Numbered from the stretch's first letter, positions 10,188-21,192 are shown. The stretch: 64,000 nt of DNA from Candidatus Thalassarchaeum sp. (GCA_045559735.1 JBJLJN010000014.1:15451-79450); one strand, 5' to 3'. The notes: generated by a model not told the origin, from the letters alone. A program made the numbers and translations.

Positions 10188-11465
10188 CTATACTGACCTC
10201 ACCTGCAACAGTGCTTGAGAGAGTTCCACATCAGGCATCCAGTCAATCACCTTCGCACCGTATCCTGAAATCGCCGTGAGACGGTTCTGCCTCTCGAGCT
10301 TTAGTACCTCGTAGGACATCCTCGGGATTCGGCTGACCAGGCGCTCAAGGTCGATACTACTCGGAGATAGCACGATGACTTGGTGGCCCTTGCCGGCGAG
10401 ATTTCTGATTGCCGGCAGGGTCGTACCGTCACCCTCCAGACTGCTGATGATGAATACTGGTGAGCCGCGGCTCATTCTAGCTGACATCGCGTTAGTCACC
10501 GCTTGCAGAGGCATCGAACCGCTGGCCTTGACAGAAGCCAAGCGGCTGAGAATTTTGTAGCCCTGCTTGTCACCCGTCTCTGCGGGAAGGAAATCCATCT
10601 TGTCTCCGTAGGTTACCAAAGCAACAGAATCGCGCCTTTTGATGAAATAGTTGGAGACCGAAGCTGCCGCTACAGTTCCCATCTCCAACGGATTCTTGAG
10701 GACAGTTCCGATTCTGGACACGTCTCTTGTGTCTAGGAAGATGAATACATCCGTAACAGCATCTCTGGTCTTCTCGTTAACCATCAGATCCCCAGTCTTG
10801 GCGAATGCCTTCCAGTTAATCGAGCGGAACGCATCACCAGGTAGGTACTCGCGCAGTGAGTAAAACTCCATACCCTGCCCGGGAGTCTTGAGAGTGGTTG
10901 CTCCGGTGTACATCTTGGGAACATCGGAGCGCAGAAGAGCCTCTTCGATCTCCCTGACTTGTGGGAATACCGTGACGTCTGTCCTGTCCTCAATCTGGGA
11001 CTCTGTGACATACAGGTTGAATGCGTTCCTGTATCTGACCGAGACTGGCCCCATTGTGTAGTGTCCGCGCAGTGGGCAGCGCACTCTGTACCTGATTCGA
11101 GCAGTCTGACCTGGGCCAAGATTCATCCTCATCTGGTTGATGCCTTTTCGCATCTTCATCTCATGAGGCACGTTATCGAATACCTCCAGCTGCTGAGTCC
11201 TGCGATATGATGTGTTTGAGATAGTCAACTCAACGACGAGGTCATCTCCCTTGTACACATTGACTGCATTGGCTGGAGTACCATTGATGGTTCGGCTAAT
11301 CTCTAGTTCGGAATGGCCCGAAACCCAACCGTTGATGGCGAGGAACGAGATGAAAGTGAGTCCGACAATCATTAGCTGGAAGTTGGAGATCATCATGCCA
11401 ATGAGAATCAGGCTGATTCCGCTGGTTACCATCAGAGATGCCTTTCTAGTCCACATTCTATGCAC
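10188..11465 (-). CDS. DUF58-family protein with two N-terminal TM helices
   Basis: Canonical DUF58 signature EFYSLREYLPGDAFRSINWKAFAKTGDLMV. The N-terminus has two hydrophobic helices. Confidence 0.75.
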   Translation of the reverse strand: MHRMWTRKASLMVTSGISLILIGMMISNFQLMIVGLTFISFLAINGWVSGHSELEISRTINGTPANAVNVYKGDDLVVELTISNTSYRRTQQLEVFDNVPHEMKMRKGINQMRMNLGPGQTARIRYRVRCPLRGHYTMGPVSVRYRNAFNLYVTESQIEDRTDVTVFPQVREIEEALLRSDVPKMYTGATTLKTPGQGMEFYSLREYLPGDAFRSINWKAFAKTGDLMVNEKTRDAVTDVFIFLDTRDVSRIGTVLKNPLEMGTVAAASVSNYFIKRRDSVALVTYGDKMDFLPAETGDKQGYKILSRLASVKASGSMPLQAVTNAMSARMSRGSPVFIISSLEGDGTTLPAIRNLAGKGHQVIVLSPSSIDLERLVSRIPRMSYEVLKLERQNRLTAISGYGAKVIDWMPDVELSQALLQVRSV

Positions 11466-13116
11466 CCGCCTCGGATTCCGTGCGACCCCATTCCTTGATT
11501 CGCTTGATTATCCCCACTAGTTCGTCTGCCTTGTATCGCCTGTCCTCAAACAGGAAGTTGACTAGGATTGGATCCTCGACCATACGCTGCAACTCAGATG
11601 CAGGCATGGCGTCGAACTCTTCTCGTGACAGGGTGTTCAGATTACGTATCCGAGAAAGTAAGACCTGTCTAATCTTCTCAGGCCTCTGATAGTACTCGTA
11701 CCTTTTAGCGTCACCGAACCCATAGTAGATGATACGGAATACGTGTCGCCACTCCTGCGGGTCCTCCTTCCTAATCAGTACGGCTTCAAGGACGATGAAC
11801 AGGGTGAGGAAGAGTAGCAGCATTGCCATCCAGTCGTTGGTGAAGTAAATCAGCAGATAGTACAGGAGATTGTAGGTATCTCCGAACAGGGTCGGTTGCT
11901 GGTGTCTGCTCTCATCAAAGATGACTATCGCGTTGGAATTTGCCTTGGTCGAATTTGGGTCGACCAGTAAAGCTTCGGCGATGATATCTAGTGCCCACTT
12001 GCGATTGTCATTCTCAGGAATTGAGATTGACTGAGTAGAGCCGTCACCAACAGCAAAGTTGCCTAACGAACTTGGATCGTAGAGGGAATTAATCAGAATC
12101 GATCCGTCTGCTACGAAGTGGACCCTACCTGAATTCGAATCTATACAGAGTCTGTTCTCGCAGTGCCTGACATAGACTGCGAAAGGACCCTGCTCATCAC
12201 CCTCGATTCCCAGTGATTCGAAGCCGACTGTCAGGTTGCCATCGTCATTCGTATCTAGGTATGAATCCAGAGTCGATTTACCGATGGCGTATCGGTTATC
12301 GACTGGGTTGTATGAGGTGGCCTTCTCAAACGCTGAGGGCGAGTTTGTCAGCAAATTGTAGCCTTCCGAAAAGTCCCAGCCGTCGACCGAGTACCTGTGA
12401 CCACACAGGCCGGCATCGGATTCGGTGACGAAGGCGGAGATTGCCGGATTTAGGGGCTCGGGGTCGAGTATGTCGATTACGCCGTCGTCATCTAAGTCCT
12501 TGAGGCAGGGATGGATGGTTGCCAGCGAGCCAGAGTTCGTGGTGAAGTTGAATGCAGAACCGGTGTTGATCCAAATATAGTCAGCGCCTAGCTCGGCTGC
12601 ATACGAGCCTTCGTCGTACAGCCTGTGGCCAGAATACTGTAGTCCGAACTGGTCAGCGAGATTGCTTGAGTAGCCAAAGTCGTCCATGAGCAGTACAGTT
12701 CCGCCCCTCTGCACGAAGGACTCTATGGCGAGAATCTCGGAGGTGGAATAACCGTCGCCCTCAGAGAACTCGATGACGCTCTCATCGCCTGTGAACCTAG
12801 GCAGAGATATGGTGTCGCGCTCGACACCCGAGATGACGAAAACAGCCTGTTCGGGATAATCGATTTCGCTTAGTAACAGGGGACTTGAGACCAGTGCGGT
12901 GGTTTCCACTCCCATCGCACTGATGTCCGACCTGAAGGTGCCAAGGTCGTTCCAATCGTCCCCGTACGCAGACTGGTGAGTCTGACCGGGAACGACGTAG
13001 GTCATTGCGATGGTAGAGACCAGAATGAGAAGCAGGGCCCAGAATGAAAAGACCAATGCTCCGCGCCTCGCGCGGTGGCTCCTGATGAAAGTCGAGAAAC
13101 TCTGGGAATCTGCCAT
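11458..13116 (-). CDS. Membrane protein with large extracytoplasmic domain and cytoplasmic K/R-rich tail (possibly DUF4350/GldG-like DUF58 partner)
   Basis: N-terminal TM LVFSFWALLLILVSTIAMTYVV. Second TM MAMLLLFLTLFIVLEAVL near the C-terminus, followed by a basic tail. Overlaps the DUF58 gene by 8 nt. The family assignment is tentative. Confidence 0.4.
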   Translation of the reverse strand: MADSQSFSTFIRSHRARRGALVFSFWALLLILVSTIAMTYVVPGQTHQSAYGDDWNDLGTFRSDISAMGVETTALVSSPLLLSEIDYPEQAVFVISGVERDTISLPRFTGDESVIEFSEGDGYSTSEILAIESFVQRGGTVLLMDDFGYSSNLADQFGLQYSGHRLYDEGSYAAELGADYIWINTGSAFNFTTNSGSLATIHPCLKDLDDDGVIDILDPEPLNPAISAFVTESDAGLCGHRYSVDGWDFSEGYNLLTNSPSAFEKATSYNPVDNRYAIGKSTLDSYLDTNDDGNLTVGFESLGIEGDEQGPFAVYVRHCENRLCIDSNSGRVHFVADGSILINSLYDPSSLGNFAVGDGSTQSISIPENDNRKWALDIIAEALLVDPNSTKANSNAIVIFDESRHQQPTLFGDTYNLLYYLLIYFTNDWMAMLLLFLTLFIVLEAVLIRKEDPQEWRHVFRIIYYGFGDAKRYEYYQRPEKIRQVLLSRIRNLNTLSREEFDAMPASELQRMVEDPILVNFLFEDRRYKADELVGIIKRIKEWGRTESEAGA

Positions 13117-13127
13117 ACTGGGAGCCT

Positions 13128-13144
13128 CCGTTCCGTAGGAACGG
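13128..13144 (-). promoter_or_regulatory. 7-bp perfect hairpin (CCGTTCC-GTA-GGAACGG) in the 5' leader of the 552-aa gene, overlapping its GGAGG Shine-Dalgarno
   Basis: Inverted repeat read directly in 13117..13150. The minus-strand mRNA reads ...CCGUUCCUACGGAACGGAGGCUCCCAGUA-AUG. Confidence 0.3.
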
Positions 13145-13207
13145 GCAACGAGCCTAAACTTCGTCTTAAGACCATTATGTGGCCATGAACCAGAGTTGCA
13201 TCAGATA

Positions 13208-13450
13208 TCAGCGCGCCAATTGGATGCTGGTGCCCACTCCAGATACCTCTTCGACTGGGACTGAGAGTAGTCCGTCATCGGTAGGCCAAGGAAGAAGAGC
13301 CGGGTCTATGTCTGGCTCAATGGTGACCATCAGAGCCACAATTTCTCCGGAGTCAGAATCCAATCTGAAGTCGGCCAAGTTGCCTAGCTTGTCCCCTGAC
13401 TCGTCGATAACTGTCATCCCGAGAATCTCTCGGCCGAATGTCGTAGGCAT
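13208..13450 (-). CDS. PRC-barrel domain protein (80 aa)
   Basis: GMTVIDESGDKLGNLADFRLDSDSGEIVALMV resembles the PRC-barrel fold signature. Sits immediately downstream of cdc48. Confidence 0.45.
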   Translation of the reverse strand: MPTTFGREILGMTVIDESGDKLGNLADFRLDSDSGEIVALMVTIEPDIDPALLPWPTDDGLLSVPVEEVSGVGTSIQLAR

Positions 13451-13456
13451 AGTAAC

Positions 13457-15682
13457 TCACACTGATTCAATGCCGGAGAGGCCATCCGGACTTCTGCGGA
13501 CAGACTCCAGACCACTCACCAGCATGGACTCCATGCGATTGTAGTACTGCATCATCTCATCGGTCACAGTCGGCCTCACACGCTCAATTGCCTGCTCGAA
13601 GTGCTTCTTGGACACTGTCTTGCGCTCAGCCCTCATCGCGATGAGTGCAGCTTCCCTGCAAATTGACTCGATATCCGCTCCTGTGTAGTTGGTCATCTGT
13701 GATGCGAGGCCGGCGAGCTTGAACTTGCCCAGAGGCATGCTCTCTGTGTGAATTTTTAGAATCTCCAGAATTGACTTTGAGTCAGGAGGCGGTATATGCA
13801 GGACTCTCTCAAAGCGTCCACTGCGCAGAAGAGCAGGATCAATCATTTCCGGCCTATTGGTCGCAGCGACCACAATAACACCCTCCATACTCTCGACTCC
13901 GTCCATGCTGCTCAGCAATTGGTTGACGACCCTGTTCATCACATCTGAACCTCCGCCATCGCTGGCTCTCCTCATGCCAGCAATGCTCTCGAACTCGTCG
14001 AGGAAGACAATCGAAGGACTCGATTGCTTGGCCTTCTTGAATACCTCTCGGACGGCCTTCTCGGACTCGCCGACCCACTTGGAAATCAGCTCTGGCCCCT
14101 TGATTGTGATGAAGTTCGCCTTGGCCTCGTTAGCTATTGCCTTTGCAATCAGTGTCTTCCCAGTTCCGGGTGCTCCGAACAGCACAATTCCACGGGGAGG
14201 ATTGATCCCGAAGTGGTCGAACAAATCGGGTTTGGTCAGAGGCCACTCGATGCTCTCCTTGAGTCTCTCCTTGACCTCATCCAGACCGCCGACCTGGTCC
14301 CATGAGACCTCGGGCACCTCAAGGTAGATCTCGCGCAGCGCACTGGGTTCGATTTCCTTGATTGCCTGTCTGAAGTCCGACATCCTGACTTCCATCTTCT
14401 CCAGTACCTCTGGAGATATCTGCTCCTCCTCGAGGTCTATCTCAGGCAGGTATCTGCGGAGCGCCTTCATCGCTGATTCCCTAACCAGAGCCGAGATATC
14501 AGCACCGACGAAGCCGTATGAGTTGTCGAGTAGCCAATCCATGTCAAAATCGTCGCTAATTGGCATGCCGCGAGTATGGATGTCGATGATTTCCTTGCGG
14601 CCATTCTTGTCTGGGACGCCGATTTCCAGCTCCCTGTCAAAACGGCCAGGACGACGTAAGGCTGGATCTATAGCGTCCCTGCGATTTGTGGCTCCAATGA
14701 CGACCACATTGTCGCGGCCTTGCATTCCATCTAGAAGAGTAAGTAGCTGGGCCACAACTCTGCGCTCGACCTCTCCAGTAACGTCCTCCCTCTTCGGGGC
14801 AATACTGTCGAGTTCATCTATGAAGATGATAGCAGGGGTGTTAGCTGCAGCCTCGTCGAAAATCTCTCTGAGCTGCTTCTCGCTCTCACCGTAGTACTTG
14901 GAGATGATTTCGGGGCCATTGATTGATGTGAAATGAGCATTAGTCTCGGAGGCCACAGCCTTCGCAATCAGAGTCTTGCCGGTTCCCGGAGGTCCGTGGA
15001 GTAGGACGCCTCTCGGTGGATCTATTCCCAAGCGCCTGAACAGTATAGGATGCTTGAGTGGGAGCTCAATCATCTCCCTGACCTTCTGGAGTTGCTCACC
15101 TATGCCACCAATATCTTCGTAAGAAATTGTTTGAACTTGGCCGGATTCTTCCTCATCGACAGCTTCCTCTTTAATCACAATCTCAGTATCGGGAAGAACC
15201 TGAACGATTCCCTTTGGGCTGGTGGAAACTATTGCGAATGGAAGGGCCTCGGCGAACAGAGTCATTCCGGGAATGAAGATGCGGTCGCCGGCGACCACTG
15301 GGCGCTTGTTCAGACCGCGTCGAGCGAAGCCCTCGATTCCAGGCCCGAACCTGACCTTCTGCTGCTTGGCCATGACGGGGCTGAGAACGAGTCGCTGGCA
15401 TGGCTGGGTCTCGACCTTGGAGATGGTGACGCGGTCGCCGAGGCTGACTCCGGCGTTCTTACGAATGATACCGTCTATCCGGATTACTCCGAGGTTGGCA
15501 TCCTCTGGTCTGCAGCGCCATACAATCGCAGCGGTTCGTTGCTCGCCAGCAATCTCCACGATATCTCCAGGCTTGAGGTTTAGTTCATTGTCAAATGGCA
15601 CGCGAGCGCGGCCGTGACCTACGTCGCTGGGTATGGCCTTGGCCACCCTCAGTGCGAGTGTTTCATTTGCTTCATCGGACAC
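13457..15682 (-). CDS. cdc48: Cdc48/VCP-like AAA+ ATPase (two AAA domains)
   Basis: Two Walker A motifs GPPGTGKT and GAPGTGKT. Two Walker B DE boxes ([16 protein letters not shown]). N-terminal CDC48 double-psi-barrel-like domain. 741 aa. Confidence 0.95.
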   Translation of the reverse strand: MSDEANETLALRVAKAIPSDVGHGRARVPFDNELNLKPGDIVEIAGEQRTAAIVWRCRPEDANLGVIRIDGIIRKNAGVSLGDRVTISKVETQPCQRLVLSPVMAKQQKVRFGPGIEGFARRGLNKRPVVAGDRIFIPGMTLFAEALPFAIVSTSPKGIVQVLPDTEIVIKEEAVDEEESGQVQTISYEDIGGIGEQLQKVREMIELPLKHPILFRRLGIDPPRGVLLHGPPGTGKTLIAKAVASETNAHFTSINGPEIISKYYGESEKQLREIFDEAAANTPAIIFIDELDSIAPKREDVTGEVERRVVAQLLTLLDGMQGRDNVVVIGATNRRDAIDPALRRPGRFDRELEIGVPDKNGRKEIIDIHTRGMPISDDFDMDWLLDNSYGFVGADISALVRESAMKALRRYLPEIDLEEEQISPEVLEKMEVRMSDFRQAIKEIEPSALREIYLEVPEVSWDQVGGLDEVKERLKESIEWPLTKPDLFDHFGINPPRGIVLFGAPGTGKTLIAKAIANEAKANFITIKGPELISKWVGESEKAVREVFKKAKQSSPSIVFLDEFESIAGMRRASDGGGSDVMNRVVNQLLSSMDGVESMEGVIVVAATNRPEMIDPALLRSGRFERVLHIPPPDSKSILEILKIHTESMPLGKFKLAGLASQMTNYTGADIESICREAALIAMRAERKTVSKKHFEQAIERVRPTVTDEMMQYYNRMESMLVSGLESVRRSPDGLSGIESV

Positions 15683-15784
15683 AATACGACCCCTGACAGA
15701 TGCTCTTGTGCTCTCAGGTTAGTTAAACCTACCAATCTGGAGGTGTCCCGGAGGTTGAAACGGTTATCGGAACGATGAGGGCCG

Positions 15785-17452
15785 ATGAGTAGGATTCATT
15801 GCTTGATGTCCATTCGCCGGGCCATGACACACGTTCTAGAGGCCGGCTTCGAATACATGGAAGCGAACAACCCGAATGGATCACCGAAGGTTAGAGGTTA
15901 CAACATCATCAATGGTAATCTGACTCTGGCCAGCGACGGCTCGACCTACGAGAGTATCAACCCGGCCTGGCTGGATGATTGCTTGGGCGAGTTTCCCCTA
16001 TCAACCAAGTCTGATGTTCACGATGCGCTTGCAGCCGCTCGTGCAGCATTCCCGGACTGGGCAGCCACCCCGGCCCCCACACGCGGACAGGTGATTGGTA
16101 ATATGGGCCGGCTGCTTATGGAGCACAAGGATGATCTCGTGCGCCTACAGGCACGCGAGATAGGTAAGACTCTGAAGGAGTGTGGCGGTGAAATCCAGGA
16201 AGCGATAGACACTTGCCTCTTCTTCCAATCAGAGGGTCGTCGTCTGTACGGTCAGACCGTCAACTCCGAGTTGCCTGACAAGGAGCTCTTCACCTACCGT
16301 CGCCCATTGGGAGTATGTGGCATCATCAACTCCTGCAACTTCCCATCAGCGGTCCCATTCTGGAAGATGATTCCTGCAATCATGTGCGGTAACACCTGTG
16401 TGTGGAAATCGCCTCAGGACTCGCCTATGCTTTCCTTCGCTCTGGCCCGAATCATGCATGAGTCAGGATTGCCTGACGGCGTGATCAATCTCATACACGG
16501 CAAAGGCAGTGGGGCAGGCCAAGACCTAGTCGACTCCGCCGACCTCGGGATGGTCAACAAGATTTCATTCACGGGCAGTACTGCTGTGGGGAAGATGATA
16601 GGTGAAATCTGTGGGCGCAACCTAGTCAGCGCATCGCTTGAACTAGGGGGCAAGAATCCACTTGTGATTATGCCTTCCGCCAATATGGAGAATGCTGTGG
16701 AAGGGGCGTACTGGGCTGGTTTCGGAACAGCCGGGCAGCGCTGTACGAGCCTTGGCAATCTGATTATCCATGAGGCCATCTACGACGAGTTTGTTGAGCG
16801 CTTCATGGACAGGGTCAGATCGACAGTTATCGGAGACTCGATGCGGAACAATGGAGTCCTATACGGCTCAATGCTGTCAGAGAGGTATGCTGTTGACTTT
16901 CTCAAAGGCATCGAGATGTGCGAAGCCAGTGGGGCGACGAAAATCTGGGGCGAGGGTCGGATAACCAACGACAACAAGCCCGACAATTTCCATGGCGACG
17001 CCAGTGAGGGAGTCTACATGTGGCCACATGTCTACACCGGTGTCACCGAGGAAATGGAGTGCTTCCACGAGGAGATTTTCGGACCTGCGGTTACCATCGT
17101 CAAGGCTCGTGACTTCGACCACGCCCTCCACCTAGCTAATGCATCCCCATACGGCCTATCGTCGGCGATTTACACCAACGATCGTCTCGAGGCTTACCGC
17201 TACAAGACTGGTATCAAGGCCGGTATGACCGGAATCAACAACTCGACAACCGGAGCAGAAGCTCACCTGCCTTTTGGAGGAGTCAAGGGCAGCGGTAATG
17301 GAACCCGCGAGTCCGGCATCTGGGTCATCGAGGCCTATTCTTACTGGCACGCTGTCAACGACGAGCTCTCTGGCAAGCTCCAACTTGCCCAGATGGACGT
17401 CGACGAGATTGAGATGGAAGAGGCTGAAGCTGACTACGCCGGGCTTGCCTAA
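15785..17452 (+). CDS. NAD(P)-dependent aldehyde dehydrogenase
   Basis: ELGGKNP catalytic Glu motif, FTGSTAVGK, CTS Cys motif in GQRCTS. The start is probably an internal Met (MTHVLEAG or MEANNP). Acidic C-terminal tail. Confidence 0.85.
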   Translation: MSRIHCLMSIRRAMTHVLEAGFEYMEANNPNGSPKVRGYNIINGNLTLASDGSTYESINPAWLDDCLGEFPLSTKSDVHDALAAARAAFPDWAATPAPTRGQVIGNMGRLLMEHKDDLVRLQAREIGKTLKECGGEIQEAIDTCLFFQSEGRRLYGQTVNSELPDKELFTYRRPLGVCGIINSCNFPSAVPFWKMIPAIMCGNTCVWKSPQDSPMLSFALARIMHESGLPDGVINLIHGKGSGAGQDLVDSADLGMVNKISFTGSTAVGKMIGEICGRNLVSASLELGGKNPLVIMPSANMENAVEGAYWAGFGTAGQRCTSLGNLIIHEAIYDEFVERFMDRVRSTVIGDSMRNNGVLYGSMLSERYAVDFLKGIEMCEASGATKIWGEGRITNDNKPDNFHGDASEGVYMWPHVYTGVTEEMECFHEEIFGPAVTIVKARDFDHALHLANASPYGLSSAIYTNDRLEAYRYKTGIKAGMTGINNSTTGAEAHLPFGGVKGSGNGTRESGIWVIEAYSYWHAVNDELSGKLQLAQMDVDEIEMEEAEADYAGLA

Positions 17453-17666
17453 ATCAGCATCTCGCCACACTGCGGACACGGTAGTCCGGGTAGCCAAGCC
17501 CCCGGCATATGCCCACAGTTCTGACAGATGGAGGATTCGATGTCACCGTCCACGGACTCCGATTGAGGGAGTATACCTTCAACCTTGCACCGGCACCTGA
17601 GTCCCAAAGGGACTCATGCAATCCCTTATGTGACTAGAACGGTGCCGTTGAATATCGGGGATACAG

Positions 17667-18539
17667 ATGAGTGAGGGCATCAAACTCCCGCTCCCTATGA
17701 AGAAGGGATTGGGCGCTACTGACAGAGTGGATGCTTGGTGGAAGGGGCCCACTGCCATGGTGGCATACTTGGGCTTCATGATTGTCTACGCCACATGGCG
17801 CGGGATGATGGAGTCAGACTTCTGGTACTTTGAGGAATTTGGAAGGAGTGTCGGTCATCAGACCATGGCTATCGAGAGTCAAGGGAGTCACGTCCTCAGC
17901 CCGCTGTTCAGCCCTCTCATCATTCCTGGAAAGGGCACTATGGGGTCGCTGGTTCCGATGTGGCTGGCTTGGATGTCCCCCGCTATGTTCATCCTGATTT
18001 TTCCCGCTGGCTTCCGTGCTACATGCTACTACTACCGCAAGGCGTACTACCGTGCTTTCATGCAACAGCCCACCGGGTGCGCTGTCTCCAAGCCGTGGGA
18101 TGAATACAGCGGCGAGACTGGTTTGCTAGTCTTCCAAAACCTCCATCGATACTTCATGTATGTCATGCTGATTTATCTGCCAATCCTGTCCTGGGACTTC
18201 TGGCTCTCCGTGAACTTCCACGATGCTTTTGGGGCTCATCACTACGGAGTTAGTTTCGGCTCTATCTGTCTGTTGGTCAATGTGATTATGTTGGCAGGCT
18301 ATACCTTCGGATGCCACGCTTTCCGCCATGTCGTCGGAGGAGGTTCAAATGACTGGACCGGAGATTCGATGGGCAGACTTAGGTACAAGATGTGGAAACT
18401 ATCTACAAGGCTCAATGAGACGCACAAGGAATGGGCACTGTACAGCCTATTCTGGGTGATGTTTACTGACTTCTACATTTATGCCTGCACCGATCCAATG
18501 TTTGGATGGACCGACCTGATTCTATGGGGTGGTCTGTGA
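17667..18539 (+). CDS. sdhC: Putative succinate dehydrogenase/fumarate reductase cytochrome b membrane anchor (single large subunit)
   Basis: 290-aa polytopic membrane protein with conserved His ([14 protein letters not shown]). Immediately upstream of sdhA and translationally coupled to it. Confidence 0.5.
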   Translation: MSEGIKLPLPMKKGLGATDRVDAWWKGPTAMVAYLGFMIVYATWRGMMESDFWYFEEFGRSVGHQTMAIESQGSHVLSPLFSPLIIPGKGTMGSLVPMWLAWMSPAMFILIFPAGFRATCYYYRKAYYRAFMQQPTGCAVSKPWDEYSGETGLLVFQNLHRYFMYVMLIYLPILSWDFWLSVNFHDAFGAHHYGVSFGSICLLVNVIMLAGYTFGCHAFRHVVGGGSNDWTGDSMGRLRYKMWKLSTRLNETHKEWALYSLFWVMFTDFYIYACTDPMFGWTDLILWGGL

Positions 18540-20374
18540 TGGGGGATGTGATTACCCATGAGCACGATGTGGTCGTTATCGGGGCTGGCGGTGCTGGCCT
18601 CAGAGCCTCCATCGAAGCCAGCGCTGCTGGAGTCAGTGTGGCCATGATTTGCAAGTCGATGCTGGGTAAGGCACACACTGTGATGGCCGAGGGAGGGGCA
18701 GCGGCAGCTCTTGCGAACAAGGACCATCGGGACTCATGGCAGACTCATTTCCGTGACACCATGAAAGGTGGCAAGTACCTAGGTGATTGGCGAATGGCCC
18801 AGATTCATGCTCAGCAGGCTCCAGATAGGATTCGTGAGCTGGAGCAGTGGGGTGCAGTCTTCGACCGAACACCCCAAGGTCGGACCAGCCAGCGCAACTT
18901 CGGCGGTCACACCTATCCCAGACTGGCTCACATCGGAGATGCTACCGGCCTGGAGTTGATTCGAACGCTCCAACAGAAAGGCATCCACATGGGAATGGAT
19001 GTGTTCATGGAATTCACAGTTCGAAGATTGTTCACTACCGATGGTCGCGTCTCGGGATGCTTCGCTTACGACCGGAACGACGGTTCGCTGCACGTATTCA
19101 AGGCCAAGACGATAGTGCTGGCCACCGGTGGTATCACTCGATGTTGGGAGGTCTGCTCCGGCTCCTGGGAGTACAGCGGTGAAGGGCATGCTTTGGCCTA
19201 CTGGGCAGGAGCAGAGATGGGCGATATGGAGTTTGTCCAGTTCCACCCCACCGGGATGATATGGCCCCCCTCGGTCAAGGGGATATTAGTCACAGAGGGT
19301 GTCCGTGGAGAGGGTGGCATGCTGACCAACTCCGAGGGTGAGAGATTCATGTTCAACTACATCCCTGAGATGTATGCAGACGAGTTCGCAGATACCGAGG
19401 AGGAGTCACAGGGATGGGTCGATGAGGTCATCGCCGGCAAACTCGCTACGAAGCGCAGGCCACCAGAGCTGCTCACTCGCGATGTCGTCGCGAAAGCGAT
19501 AAACAGCGAGCGTGACGCTGGGAGGTCTTCTGAGCACGGAGGAGCTTATCTCGACATCTCATGGAGGTCCGAGGAGGAAGTCAAGAAGAAGCTCCCCGGA
19601 ATGTATCACCAGTTCAAGGAACTCGCAGCTGTGGACATCACCAAGCAGCCGATGGAAGTCGGCCCCACCGCACACTATGTCATGGGCGGCGTGAAGGTCG
19701 ACTCGTACACTCAGGAGAGTTCGGTGCCCGGACTGTACGCAGCCGGAGAAGTCGCCACCGGGCTGCACGGAGCCAATCGACTGGGTGGGAACTCACTGTC
19801 AGATCTTCTCGTGTTCGGCAGGATTGCCGGGGAGCAGGCTGCCGAATGCGCCAAGCAGATGGTATACTTTGCCGGAATCGACCAGTCTGACATCGACGAT
19901 GTGGTCGATGAGACTCTGGCCCCCCTTAGTCGCGAGGTTGGCGAGAACCCGGCTCAGGTGGTCAGCGACCTCAGGGAGATGATGCAGAACAAGGCAGGTA
20001 TCATCCGGACCGGGGGTCTGCTCCTAGAAGCCCTGCAGGATCTCGATGAGCTTGAGCGCAGGGCAGTTGAGGTCGCCCCCGGGGGAGGTCGAATCTACAA
20101 TCCTGGATGGCATCAAGCACTGGAATTGGGTGCGATGATTGACGTCAGTAGGATGTGTGCGCTAGCAGCCCTGAGAAGAGAGGAGAGTCGTGGAGGTCAC
20201 ACAAGAGATGATTTTCCTGAATCCGACCATACCTACTGGGGCAAGGTGAACAGTGTGATTAAGCAAGTCCAAGACGGTTCGATGGATATAGACTACGTCT
20301 CCTATCCTGCGATACCCGAGGAGCTCGAGTCGCTGCTCGATTCTGATGATCTAAAAAGGGAGGGAAGAGCATGA
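18538..20374 (+). CDS. sdhA: Succinate dehydrogenase flavoprotein subunit
   Basis: FAD dinucleotide fold [16 protein letters not shown]. Covalent-FAD His in [19 protein letters not shown], and C-terminal [10 protein letters not shown]. The track ORF starts at 18506; the ATG overlapping the sdhC stop is the likelier start. Confidence 0.95.
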
Positions 20375-21138
20375 GTGACGAAGTGACATTCAGGGTTTTC
20401 AGAGGCGAGCCCGATGCTGATGGCGAACCTTTCGGCAGGATGGAGGACTACACCGTGCAACTCGACGAGGGCATGGTAGTCCTCGATGTCATCCATAGGA
20501 TTCAGGCGGAGCATGCTCCTGATCTCTCATGCCGCTGGAACTGCAAGGCAGGCAAATGTGGCTCTTGCAGCGCTGAGGTCAACGGAAAGCCCAAACTGAT
20601 GTGCATGACAAGGATGGAGGATGTCCTAGAAGAGGCTCCCGAGGGACTCCCTGTCCTAGTAAAGCCGATGCAGGCCTTTCCACTGACCAAAGATCTCGTC
20701 ACTGATACCACTTGGGCTTACGAGACAGATAGGAAAATTGCTCCAATCAGCGGCCCCGACGAGCCTGACTGGGAGTTCAGCCAGCAGGAGGCCGATAGAA
20801 TTCAGGAGTTCAGGTCGTGCATCGAGTGCATGCTGTGCGTGAACACGTGTCACGTCCTTAGGGAGCACAAAATGTTCGACGAGTTCGCTGGACCACGCTT
20901 CTTCGTTCGTCTTGCGAACCTCGAGATGCATCCTCTGGATACTCAGAACCGGATTCCTGAGGTCAAGGACGATTTTGGAATCGGATACTGTAACATCACG
21001 AAGTGCTGCACTGAGGTCTGCCCAGCTGGAATCAACATCACCGACAACGCGATCATACCTCTCAAGGAGAGAGTAGTTACAGAATACTACGACCCATTGG
21101 CCATGATAGCGAGAAAACTAAGCAAAGGTCGGAACTAG
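20371..21138 (+). CDS. sdhB: Succinate dehydrogenase iron-sulfur subunit
   Basis: 2Fe-2[14 protein letters not shown]. 4Fe-4[12 protein letters not shown]. 3Fe-4S CTEVCP. ATGA overlap with sdhA. Confidence 0.95.
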   Translation: MSDEVTFRVFRGEPDADGEPFGRMEDYTVQLDEGMVVLDVIHRIQAEHAPDLSCRWNCKAGKCGSCSAEVNGKPKLMCMTRMEDVLEEAPEGLPVLVKPMQAFPLTKDLVTDTTWAYETDRKIAPISGPDEPDWEFSQQEADRIQEFRSCIECMLCVNTCHVLREHKMFDEFAGPRFFVRLANLEMHPLDTQNRIPEVKDDFGIGYCNITKCCTEVCPAGINITDNAIIPLKERVVTEYYDPLAMIARKLSKGRN

Positions 21139-21192
21139 CGTACGCTACGCTACAAGGTGGGCTCGGACGCGACACAAGAGCCGAAACAGCGC

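Noticed and set aside
13854-15617. Multiple 70-180-aa ORFs on both strands inside cdc48 (e.g. 14358..14894 +, 15050..15583 +, 15222..15617 +)
   Set aside because: They are fully embedded in a gene with unmistakable AAA+ motifs. Their compositions are Ser/Arg/Pro-rich and they carry no motifs.
17453-17666. 214-nt gap after ALDH, checked for a tRNA
   Set aside because: The GGATTCGATGTCACC segment superficially resembles a T-arm but lacks a matching acceptor stem and D-arm. The region is better explained by a small Zn-ribbon ORF candidate and the sdhC promoter.
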